This document shows, piece after piece, positions 23,249 through 34,700 of a stretch of 64,000 nucleotides of DNA; within the stretch, counting starts at the first letter, position 1, and each line of letters starts with the position of its first letter. The stretch lies in NCBI GenBank assembly GCA_964019335.1, contig OZ025702.1, positions 434,001 through 498,000 on the forward strand, given 5' to 3'. This stretch comes from Diplonema japonicum. Lineage: Eukaryota; Protista; Euglenozoa: Diplonemea. The notes under the pieces are model-generated. The model searched no databases and was not told the DNA's origin. It saw only the letters and a list, made by a program, of their open reading frames with translations. A program made the translations under genes and the position numbers.

Positions 23249-23398
23249 GCACCGTTCCCCCTACCCTTCCCTTCCCTTCGCTCTTTTTCCCCATTTTTTT
23301 CCTTTTTTTTTCTTTTTTAATGTTTAGATCCATGTACTCACTCTGTTGTAAAAAGTATTAAGAGAGATATAAGAGTATCCCACCCACTCTGCAGGCGT

Positions 23399-25570
23399 AT
23401 GATGGTGGATGACTTCCCCAAGAAAGTCCTGTTCCTGGTCTTGGTGCTATCGAGGGTAACGGTGAGCAGCACAGGGAGCTGTTGCGAGGGCTTGGATGCT
23501 GCGTGTGTTGCGTGTGCGGCTAATATAACGGTGCCGCAGGCATGTCTGAAGATCTCTCCATGGCTAGCGGGTTGTCCTGCTCAGGACGACTGTAACAACC
23601 AACTAACTGGGTCGCCTTGTGATGCGAGCCAGCAGTGCTACGACTGGACGGGGGAGATCGATGGCATCTACGAGTGTCAATGCGTGGGCGGCCTTGTGGG
23701 CCATATGGCCAGCGGCAATGCCAAGTGCTTCTTGAACCCCTGTGACACACAAACTTGTTCGTCATTCAACGCTACCTGCACCCTAGATTGGGTGAACGGC
23801 CGCCCGACGGCCCTCTGCTCCTCTCTATACCAGCCGTGTTACCGATCTGCTGACACGCCCTGGCCTCTTAACGCTCCTCAGCCAATCCCTAGCTCTTGGA
23901 CGGGCCCCCTTGACTCTTGCAACACTTGTTCTTGCTCCAACGGAGTCTTAACATGTACCTCTAAAACGTGCCCCCCTCCCGACCGGCTGCTCTGTTCCAA
24001 TAACACTGACTGTACAGAAGATGGTTATTCTTGCAACGGTTCATTTTGCACCCCGCTTCTCTATAACTGTAAGACGCCAGCGACCGAAGGGTGGACGCAG
24101 GCGAAGAAGGATTGGTGCTGCAAAAACGGCACATGCACGCCAGCGAACCCGTGTGCGCGTGACAAGCTCTCGAGTGAGTGTGTACCGAAGGGATGCTGCA
24201 CTGCGAGCGGCGTAGCATCCTGCGCCGCTTGCATGGCTAACGTGACCATCGAACATTTCTGTCGTGACAACCCCAGTACCAAAGGGTGTCCGTTATGTGC
24301 GGGGTGCAAAGGAAACTGCAGCATCACCGAGGAGGAGGGCGTTATCCAGACGAACTGCACCAACTCCACCATGCAATGCGAAAAGCAGACTAGCCTCGAC
24401 GAGTGCGTGGGCCCCTGCCAGTGGCACCTTTCGAACCAAGTCTGTGTTGACGCAAAAACATTCTGCTCAGGATGCGAAATCGGGTGTGAGAGCAACGGGA
24501 AGTACATCGCCTGTGCTGCGTACAATGCGTGGTCAGAGTGCCCAGTGGAGCGCTCCTGCTTTGGGGTCAACCCGAGCAATATGAATGACCGATTCTGTTG
24601 TCCAGACGGGCAGTACTGCAGCACGGAATGGCATAAAGGTGGCGAGTTCGGTGTTTTTGGCGGTGTTTGCATTCCCCACTACGACCCCTGCCAGCAGCAC
24701 ACCTGCTCTGCAGGGGACACTTGCGTAACGGAATCCGGAAAACCGTCGTGCAAGCGCACCGTCCCGGAGTTTGCGTTCGACTGCCCACCAGGGCAGCGGT
24801 CCATGCCTTCGTACTCCGGCAGGAACATCAACCATACCTGCACACCAATTTTCCCTTCAAACCCTTGCAAGGATCAGTGTGCTGATGGGTACACATGCAC
24901 AGTGAGCGTGAAGGACAACCACAGAGTGGCTGCGTGCCGCAAGGACAGCTTCAACGCAAAGTGCAACACAATCCGAGCCAACCAAGGCCTTCCTGTGTGC
25001 ACATATGAATGTGAAGTCCTGTACGAGGACAACACAAGGTACGCCCATCACCCCACACACACAACTGAACAGGTGCATTGAGATCGATGGTGTGGATAAG
25101 TGCAAAGATACATTGGTGTGGCCCCCTCTAGGTGTGCAGGGCTGCACCATTGATGCAGACTGCAGGGTATTGTTTTTTTCCCCTTTTTTTCTTAAACAAC
25201 GCAATTTGACAGACGGGCGAGTACTGCACAGGGTTCACCCCCATACCGCTGTGCAACGCATCCTGCGGCAGCGTGACGGAGTATTTGCGCAACGGGTTCA
25301 GATCCTGCGAGCCCGCGCGCTTCACCTGCAGCATGGACACGCGTGCCCTGTGGACCACCGAAGAGACCAACTACTGCTGTGGGATGATGGAGGTGTGCAC
25401 AACATGTATCCCCCCCTTCACGCCACTCAGATCGGCTGCAGCGCGTACAACTGTCTCGAAGGTGACCCTGACAACTGGCATCAGGAAAAGGCGGCGTACT
25501 GCTGCTCACGGGTAGGGCTGGGTTGTTTAGTGGTATGCATTCACTGAAAAAAAAAAGGAAAAAAAAAAGG

Positions 25571-25602
<32 letters not shown>

Positions 25603-27314
25603 ATAATCCCATTTCCACAGGGATTTGACTGCACATCGAGGCGGCCATACAGCGAATGGTCGTTTAAAAAGAGAGTCCACTGCTGCAACGAAGGGGTGGG
25701 CTGCCCAGCACCTCGGTATTCATGCGAAGGGGACGAGGCAGCATGGAAACAGGAGGAGAAAGACGCGTGCTGCACATTGAAGGGAAAGGTATTCATACCC
25801 CACAACCAACAAAAAAAACCCACACACAGGGATGCCCTGCTGGGGGTTTCAAGTGCAACGAAGGGATAACAGAACCCGCGAACAAGGAATGGTGCTGCAG
25901 GACACAACAGCTTCTGTGCGAAGCGGTGGAGACATACCAGTGCAACGAGCAGTACAAGGAAAAATGGAACGCGGAAGAGAGAAAATGGTGCTGTTACAAC
26001 AGGGCAATAGGGTGCGAGGTACTACGCGGGTGGGCTTGCTTCGAGAGCGACCGAACAAAATGGTCGTTGGGCCAACAGCAGTGGTGCTGCGACACCTACG
26101 GAATGGGATGCGGCGGGCAGTTCGATGCGCTGTACTGCTCACAAGACATCCTGCAGTGGTCCAAGGATAAAAACGAAACGTGTTGTACCATCCACGGTAT
26201 GGGATGCCCGGTAGCGTGCGAGCTCCCTTCGGACCACCTCAACCATGACCAACAACAATACTGCTGTGACACGCTCGGCTCGCACTGCCAACAGCAAACC
26301 GGTTCCTCAGTATCCCTCCCGTCCACCCCACGAGGATCTTCGCGTGTACTTATCCTCCTCAAATCCAACTGGGTTCAAGTCCGATCCAAGCCGAAAATAT
26401 TCGTCTGGAAGCTCCGAGCAACCATCGCGGCCATCAACGCCGAACTGATCTCGCGATTTGAAACCATACAAATCCGCAAAGTGTATTACACCAGTTCGGG
26501 TGGAAAGCCTTTAGAATACGCGTCACTGCAACAAGAATGGGAGAAATCCCAGAACGAGGCGTGGGGTGGTTCGAAGGAGAAACAAAGCGCTGTTCTAGTA
26601 GCACCGAAGAATAGGAAATCAACCGGCCTCGCATCGACGGTATCTGGGTATTACACATCTGCACAAGATGTTATAGGTGTCGAGCTTGACATTCCGAGCG
26701 AACACTTTTCATCGTTAAGTTATTACATGAGCCAGGCGGAGGAACAACGCGGTGTTCTTGCAGGTGGCAGGCAAGGGACGGGGATGGTCATTGTCCCCGT
26801 TCGTGGTTGGGGTAGAATTGTTGACTCCTCTACAAAATCTCCAGAGGGAACTCATGAACATTCTGGCCACGATGAGGACGATTCTGACCGGGCACAGTAT
26901 TCTGTAGGACTGTTAGCCGTGCCTGTCGTTCTTGCTTGCTTGGTTCTCAGCATGTTAGTCATTTTAGTGTATTACAGAAAATATTTTTCAAACGATACTA
27001 TCGTGACCATGAATACCTTTCGGGATCTTGAGAAGAATCAAGAAAAGGGGCATAACTACATCCCGCCGCTTGTAGTGACCGCGAACCCTGATGAGGTGAC
27101 GACGCACTCTTTTTCGTACGCGGAGTCGAGCAATTTGCATAACACATTTAACGGTGGGGTTCACGAAGAATGCGGAGCGGGGGAGCCAAAGAATCCCTTG
27201 AAGTTGGAGAATTTGAAATTGCTTCAGGCTGAACTAGCTGAATCAGAGGCCGCAAGGCAGTTCGGAGATGAGTATAACTTGAGTGTTTTACCAACTCCAT
27301 TGCCTTTTCGATAA
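23399..27314 (+). CDS. Large Cys-rich type-I membrane protein (EGF-like, pacifastin/VWC-like and W-x3-K-x2-WCC repeats); 6 exons
   Basis: Signal peptide and C-terminal TM. Introns 25039-25072, 25167-25212, 25393-25430, 25533-25620 and 25789-25829 all restore frame. Contains DSCNTCSCSNGVLTCTSKTC and repeated W...K..(W/Y)CC....GC units. Confidence 0.85.
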
Positions 27315-27365
27315 GAAATGGGGTGGTCAGAAGAGCAGTTTTCTCAGAAAATAAAAGAAGAAGGG

Positions 27366-27368
<3 letters not shown>

Positions 27369-27397
<29 letters not shown>
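27369..27397. repeat. (GT)n microsatellite
   Basis: Read directly from the sequence. Confidence 0.95.
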
Positions 27398-28415
27398 GTT
27401 TTGTTGTTGTGTGTTTTTTTTTTTTTTTTTCCCCCCTTTTTTTTTTCCTTCCTCCTCCCCTTCCCCTTCCCACCTAATAGGGTATTTTCTATTCAGTTAG
27501 TCTTTGCCGAAGGGTCAAAATAAAAAATTAAAAAAAAAGAATGGAGGAAAGAAAAAAAAAAGAAAAAGAAACAAAAATAGTAAATTTGTCGCTTTGAGGG
27601 GGGGGGGTGCAAAAGTAACAAAAAAAGAAATCTAGTGTCAAGTACATCCTTTCTCAACACAGTAAGAAAGAAAAAAAAAAAGGACAAGTTTATAAACATC
27701 AATTTTTTTTCTCCCTCTCCTAACCACATTGCAATTTGAACAGCGAAATAAACAAGAAAAAAAAAGACAGCAAAAAAAAATAAAAAAAGAAGAAAAAGAA
27801 AAAAAGGAGTGCCAAAAAGCCGAACGCAAGGGAGAGGGGGGGGGGGGGGGGGGGAGGGAGAATCTAACCAGTCTTAGCTACCAGAAAAAGAAAAAAGAAG
27901 GGAAAAAAAAAAAAAAAAAAAACAGCGCCAACACGGCCAAATATTTGTGGGTTTGGACACCGAACGCTCGCCTGCCCTTCAGAATCCTCTTCACCCTTTT
28001 TTTCTGAATGTCTCTTTTTTTTTTTCTCTTTTTTCCCCCCCTCCAAACGATGAACAAACTTGTTATGGTAATTATCAAATAAAGAATGCTTGGACAAGCC
28101 AACGTGCCCGCAAAAAAAGAATAATCGCTGTATTAGACAAATGATATCCTCCCCCCCCCCCCCCCCCCCTAATGATATCCCCCCCCCCTAAACTAAGAGC
28201 AACTTTTCCTGTTCTTTTTTTTATATTTTTTTTTATTTCGTGCATTACTTCCCTTTCATTACATGCCCCGCCCCTTATTTGTTTTTTCCGGAATTTTTTT
28301 TTTTACTTCTTCTTTCCCCCCTTTTTCTGGGAAAGTGGGAAAAAAAAAAAAAAAAAAAAAGAAACCAAACAATGTGAACCCCCTCCGCCGTCTCGCGGTC
28401 TCTTCTTCTTCTTTC

Positions 28416-28615
28416 NNNNNNNNNNNNNNNNNNNNNNNNNNNNNNNNNNNNNNNNNNNNNNNNNNNNNNNNNNNNNNNNNNNNNNNNNNNNNNNNNNNNN
28501 NNNNNNNNNNNNNNNNNNNNNNNNNNNNNNNNNNNNNNNNNNNNNNNNNNNNNNNNNNNNNNNNNNNNNNNNNNNNNNNNNNNNNNNNNNNNNNNNNNNN
28601 NNNNNNNNNNNNNNN
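28416..28615. other. Assembly gap (200 N)
   Basis: Run of n characters. Confidence 1.
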
Positions 28616-29521
28616 AATATAAAAAAGGAAAGGAGTCCCTTTCTTTTTTTTCTGTCTTTTTTTTTTTTCTCGAAGAAAAAAAAAAAGAAGAAGGAAGAAG
28701 AAAAGAAAAATAATAATAGACAGTACGCGCCTTTAAACATGGGACAGGAATCATGGGGAGGCACGGCAGGCCAAAAAAAAAAAAAAAAAGAACACTCTCT
28801 TTCTCGAGAAAAGAAAAGAAAATCGACTACTGTCTTGTTCTGCATGATGAACTCGATGGAAGAAGAGGAGGAAAGAAAAAAAAAAAAAAAAACGAAATTT
28901 TTAACGGAAATCATATTTAGAAGAGATTAGAACTCTTGTATTGCATACCCTTCCCCAGTAACGTTGGCCAGTTTCCTTTAAAAAAAAAATGTGTCATAAG
29001 AGAAATTGAGGGCAGCAGGACCATTGTCTTCTTGGCATTGGTCTCAGATGTGTGATGGAACCTGCGCGAGTCAAAGTGAGGGGGAATGGTGCATAAAGAT
29101 TCCCTTTCATGGGTTGGCATATTATTAGCAGCACAATGGGTGTCCAGTTTTTTTTTTTTTTTTTTTTTTTTTTATTCCCAGCAAAATAATGGCGGAGAGG
29201 GCAGGGGTGTAGGACCTTCCCTCAACTTAGTTTTTCTTTCTTTTTTTTTTTTTTTTTTTTCTTGGAAGAGAATCATTGGTATTCCTTCAAAAAATAGGGG
29301 GGGAAGGGTAGACCCCTTTTCCCCTTTTAAAGCGTTTTTTTTTTTCCCCTGTGTAATGATTTTCTTTTCTTCCCTTTACCCAGAGTGGTTGGAAGACAAA
29401 GAATATATTGAAAAGGCTTCAGTGGGTCTGGTGCATCTGTATGTACTGAAAACTTTTTTTTTTAAAAGATTTTAAAAAGCGAGTGTTGTTCCCCTCCAAA
29501 GGAAGTACCCTTTCATTACCT

Positions 29522-29562
<41 letters not shown>

Positions 29563-29973
29563 CCCTGAGAAGAAGAAAGGGGGAAAGGAATGGAAAGAAA
29601 AAGAACAGGGTGGATGATGAGAGGCATACTCTCGTGGTCCCTCTCTCCTTTTCTTTTTATTCTCTTTTGCCCCCCCGTGTAGGGAAGGGGAAAAAAATGA
29701 AGAACCCCCCCTTTTTTTTCTTTTTTGTACTAAAGTCTTTTTTTTTTCCCCCCTAAAAAGAAGCATTCACGGAAGGAATGGAAGAAGAACAAATGAGCCG
29801 GAACCAATGAAAGAAAAAGAAAATGGGGGGAGGGGTTAAGTATTGGGATACCGGGAGTTTTAAAAGGCCCCCAGGTGACATACCTTTCCCTTCCTCCCCT
29901 TTTTTTTAAAAAACTCTGTTGTTGGAGTATATTCGTCCAACCCCCTTCCTGTGGTTTCTTTTCCCCTCGCCCT

Positions 29974-30013
<40 letters not shown>

Positions 30014-30537
30014 AATCGGTGTTGTGTGTTAACTGGTTTCTACCAAACACATCCAAAAGCAACTACTTTTTTTTTTTTTTTTTTTTTCCACCTCCCGTTC
30101 TTACCTTCTCCCCCCCTTCAGTTTTTTTTTTTTTTTTTTCGTGAGCACCAGAGGGCCACCTCTTTTAAAAAAGAAAAAAAAGGAAAAGGGGGGAAAAAAA
30201 CAAAAAAAAAAAAACAAAAAGTTATTTTTGCACTGTTTTTTTTCGAGCCACCAACATACAAAACCTTTTTCAGAGGTACAAAAAAAAAAAAAAAAGAAGA
30301 ACCCCCTTAAGAAAAGTACTGCCATCTAAACAAAAAAAGGGGAACGTTTGGCCAGCGTGTTTCGGGTTTTTTATTTAAAAAGAAAAGACTTCTCCAGTTT
30401 TTTTTTTCTTTACCCTGACATCGTAAAACCAAAACAACGGCCAGTTCCTTTCTTTTTTTTTCCCCCCCCTTAATTTTCTTTTTAATTTTCTTTTCGTCTG
30501 TGCAACTCTTTTTTTGGGTTGGTCCGATCTCGCCCCC

Positions 30538-31761
30538 ATGGCAAGACAGGCGGAAACCATCAAGAAGAAGTGCACGACGCTGGTGCATCTCACGCTACAC
30601 AAGAAGTCCTCGTTGGATGAGGCCAACAAAATGTTCACCACCTGGGTTGGAGGTAAGGACTTCGACCTCTCCAGGCCGAGGGTATACCCGGAGTGCGCGA
30701 AGACCACGGTCTGTGTGGCATCCAACAGAGCACCGGAGCTACTAGGTAGGAGTGGCAAGGACGGGATCACCGCAAGGCTGCCGATGGATGAGACCTCTGA
30801 CAGCGTGGTGTGGCTGAAGAAGGGTATGACACTCGAGATGGCCGTCTCGGTGGCACAGAAGTACCAGCAATACGCTGGGGTTGCGGTGGACCAGCGACAG
30901 CGGGTTGGTATTCGTGTGGCGCCGGGTACAGCGGAGAACGAACTCCGGAAGAACCTCGAAGCCAAGGGTCTAGCGACACCGCAGACGGAGGCTTGGTATC
31001 TGGAGAAGGTGCCACGCGACATGAGACCAACAGAGCTCAAGATGATGTTGGCTGCATGGGGGTGGACGGTCGAGGTGACTCGGTCATCCCTAAGAGGGTC
31101 GACCAAAAGGTGGATGCTGCTAGCACAGAAGGAGCCACCCGGGTTCGAGGTGCCGCTGTTCGGTGGGATCGGACTGCTAAGGAAGAAGAACGAGCGCCGA
31201 GTGGACGCCAAGATGGAGGAGACCGACGCGGAGAAGGGCGACGTGACATCGAAGACTGTGGTAAACCAAAGACCGAAAAAGACGGCTGGGGCGAAGGCGA
31301 AGAACCCGAATGCGAGAGACCCGAAGGCGAAAAACCCAAAGGCGAAAAACCCGAAGGCGAAGAAGGAAGGTGTAGGGATCGGCGGGACTGTGACGTTCCA
31401 AGGTGGCACGACGAGCGCCTGGAAACCCCAACAACCTTCGTTGTCGTCCCCGCAGCCTACACCACCGAACTGGGCGGACATGGTGAACGGCATCATCGCA
31501 GAGGCACTGAAACCCATCGTCCAACAGATCCAGCAACTGCAGCAGGCCGTACAGCAGGTTACCGCTACCAAGAAACCAGAACCGACCCCGCCCACCCAAG
31601 ACCCGCTTGGAGCTACCGATGTGGTACAAAGGTTGATCGCGCAGGCAATGGCGCCTATGGTGCAACAGCTAGGCGCAACTCAACAACTTCTACAACAACA
31701 TCAACAAAAACAACAACATCAGAAGTGTGCAACAGGGAAGAGCACACATCGCCAAAGATGA
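30538..31761 (+). CDS. Retrotransposon ORF1 (nucleic-acid chaperone-like; KNPKAK repeats, Gln-rich coiled coil)
   Basis: Long ORF immediately upstream of ORF2. Its TGA overlaps the ORF2 ATG (ATGA, 31758-31761). Confidence 0.75.
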   Translation: MARQAETIKKKCTTLVHLTLHKKSSLDEANKMFTTWVGGKDFDLSRPRVYPECAKTTVCVASNRAPELLGRSGKDGITARLPMDETSDSVVWLKKGMTLEMAVSVAQKYQQYAGVAVDQRQRVGIRVAPGTAENELRKNLEAKGLATPQTEAWYLEKVPRDMRPTELKMMLAAWGWTVEVTRSSLRGSTKRWMLLAQKEPPGFEVPLFGGIGLLRKKNERRVDAKMEETDAEKGDVTSKTVVNQRPKKTAGAKAKNPNARDPKAKNPKAKNPKAKKEGVGIGGTVTFQGGTTSAWKPQQPSLSSPQPTPPNWADMVNGIIAEALKPIVQQIQQLQQAVQQVTATKKPEPTPPTQDPLGATDVVQRLIAQAMAPMVQQLGATQQLLQQHQQKQQHQKCATGKSTHRQR

Positions 31762-34700
31762 GGACCCGTATCATGATCTTCCTCCCAATCAGTGTTCCCC
31801 TGCTCTGCTACCCCCCTTCAGTGTTTAGCATGAGCCCCTACTTCTCCCTTCCCCGAATATGCAACCAAAAACATGCATATTCAAACATCGCGATGGAGGC
31901 ACTCCTCAGGCTGTTAGCTGATGGTGATGTGCACCCCAACCCTGGCCCGCCATGCAAGAAGATATCCCTCAAGGTGAAGACGACAGGATTATGGAAGGAC
32001 TTCTACGTTCCAGCGGGAGAACCTCAAGGCACGAAAGGTAGTGTTCCGCGTCCGCCCTTGACATCGATAGGTGATGCGAAAACGTGCGACACAGTGACGA
32101 TAACATCGGTTAACGTTACTTCGTGGAACAACACATTCCACATCCTCAAGAAGGTAACAGCCAATATCCTGTGTGTTCAGGAGACGGCGCTGACGGCTAC
32201 GACACAATTCCAAGTGGCTACAACAATGAAGGGGGATCCGGGTATGACGCAGAGGCGTGTCATATTTGGGAAACCGCAACGTGGACTGATGCTGGACGGT
32301 GTTGAATCCCCAACCTTAGCGGAGAGGGGAGGCGTCGCCACATTATACCGTATTCCCGGCACCTGCATAGAACAGCATGTCCTCCCGGATGTTGGACAGC
32401 AGACGAGATTCCAACATGTAATGTACGCGATGGGTGAAGGCAACAGGTGGTTACACGTAGTTAACCTGTACGCCGATGTTGATAAGTCGAAGGCTGGAGT
32501 CGCTGCTCGCGAAACCTTACTTTGCAATATCCTAAACCGATTGCGGATATCGCTAGGCCAGGTCCCGATCATTGTAGTTGGAGATATGAACACTACAATC
32601 GATGCATCTCCTACATTGCAACATGCGCTTAACACGCACTGGGTGGACGCATCCGCGATGTTTGCAAAACATCAAGGGAGGGACCCAAGCCCCACCTACG
32701 TTACTGCCGTTGCAGCCACAAGACCCGACTACATCCTGATGAACCCCATAGCTGCTGCAGCGCTTGTGTCCTGTGTTACTGAAGACATAGGCGTGCCGTC
32801 GCATCGAGCGCTAACTGTGACGCTGAAGTTACCAGCCATGCGGCAACTTGTACCCATGTACAAGGTACCCAGACAGCTCAAATGTCCGAACACCGTCATC
32901 ACGGGAACGCCTGGCTTGTTCGACCGCAGAATCTTCAACACTACCCTGCTGACTAACCTGAACTCGGCCATTCGATACCTAGCCGTCGCTGTTGAGGACC
33001 TCCTAGGAGCCGATCTCACACAGCGGGGGCGAGGAGACTTGCGGCAACCGGTGCTTCGGGAGATTTCCGCACCGTCGAATCATGAAGGGTGTGGGGCAGC
33101 GACCTGCAAAGAGAACCAAGTCGCGATCCTTAAGCGGAAGATTAAATCATTGATCCGACGAATGGAAGAAACACCCGCGATAGGATGCATGTCGCACGAG
33201 ATGAGGGCACAGATACGTAACGTGTACACCACTGCAGTGCGTCTGAAGCTATGGACTGAGAGACCCGACCCCCAAGATTGGTCTTGTAACGACGAGATTT
33301 ACACGGCGATGGCTGAGCTTAGGGGTAGGGCTGCGAAGTCGAACGCTGAGATAATCAGCCGCAACAAGAGACACCGGAACAAGGAGTACGCGAGGTGGAC
33401 TGCGGAAGAGTTTGGCACGGACCGTAAACGTGTGACGGCATTTTTAAAGGATGGTACGGTGGAACAAGAAACGAAGACCACGCAAACCGTACGGCGCGAC
33501 AGTGGGCAGATCACCGCTAACGCAGTCGAAATGTTGAGGACCTTGGAGCAGCATTGGGCGAAGGTTTTCTGCCTCTTCGGAAACGGAGAGACCAAGCCGT
33601 CGTACAAGAAATTCAAAGCGACCTACGGACAGTTCATCAAACGCACCGAAATGACATGTCCTCTGATTACGGTGCAGGACTTGCGCGTAGTCCTCGCGAG
33701 AACGAAGAAGAAGACTGCGTGTGCTGTTGACGGGTGGCGCTTTGCTGAGCTCCATTGTCTGCCGGACGATGTTCTTGGCTCATTCGCGGACCTTTTCAAT
33801 GCTATTGAGCTACAGGGTCGTTGGCCCGACACTGTGATGACTGCGTTGATCTCGATGCTCCCGAAAAATGGTACAGGCCAACCGCTTGACCATCGACCGA
33901 TCACCGTCACCAGTGTGATTTACCGCCTGTGGGCCTGTGTCCGACTCAAACATGTTCTCGAATGGCAGGAGAAATGGATCGATCCCACCATGCACGGCTT
34001 CAGGCCCAAACACGGAGCTGACCATGTCCTCATGGACATATCGACAATGGTAGAGGATGCACTCCTAGGTGGGAGGCCACTGTATGGCTTAGCGCTGGAC
34101 TTCCAAAAGTGCTTTGATCGAGTTCCGCAGGAGATTGCCCTTTCGTTAGTAGAGGACCTTGGCCTGAGCGTATCCATCACCCGTCCGATGCGATACGTGT
34201 ATGAGAATCTGCAACGCCGACTAAAACTACCGCTTGGGGTAGGCGAGGTGCTACACGTGGACAATGGAATCCTCCAGGGGTGCCCGCTGTCGGCCGTTCT
34301 GATCAACGCACTGCTGTCGATCATGGTCAAAGAAATCGGACACTTGACGAAGGCAAAAACTACCTCATACGCCGATGATGTGACGATGTACAGCAGGAAG
34401 TCAGAACGACACGTACAGCGAGCTGTTGATAGAGTATCCGAGTTCTGTAAAATCACAGGGATGGCTCTGAACCACGAGAAGACGCTTGCTTTCAGCACCG
34501 TGAAGAAGTATACGTCAACTCTACGACAGGGTGGATTTACGTTTGCTACGAAGAAGAAGGTGAAGATCCTTGGAGTCACTCTGTCAATGGAAAGGAAAGG
34601 TAGGGCTGACAACAAGAGGGTGGAGAAAGCGGTCGAGACAGCCAAGAGACTGGCCGCGTTACAACTACCCTTTACAAAGAAAGCCCTCATCGTGAGCCAA

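Noticed and set aside
28172-28930. ORFs spanning the N run
   Set aside because: Artefacts of the assembly gap.
30810-31757. Treating the 1774-aa track ORF as one protein starting at 30810
   Set aside because: It starts at a non-ATG codon, and this part overlaps ORF1 and is low-complexity. The ATG at 31758 is the more plausible start. The open frame is kept as a separate finding.
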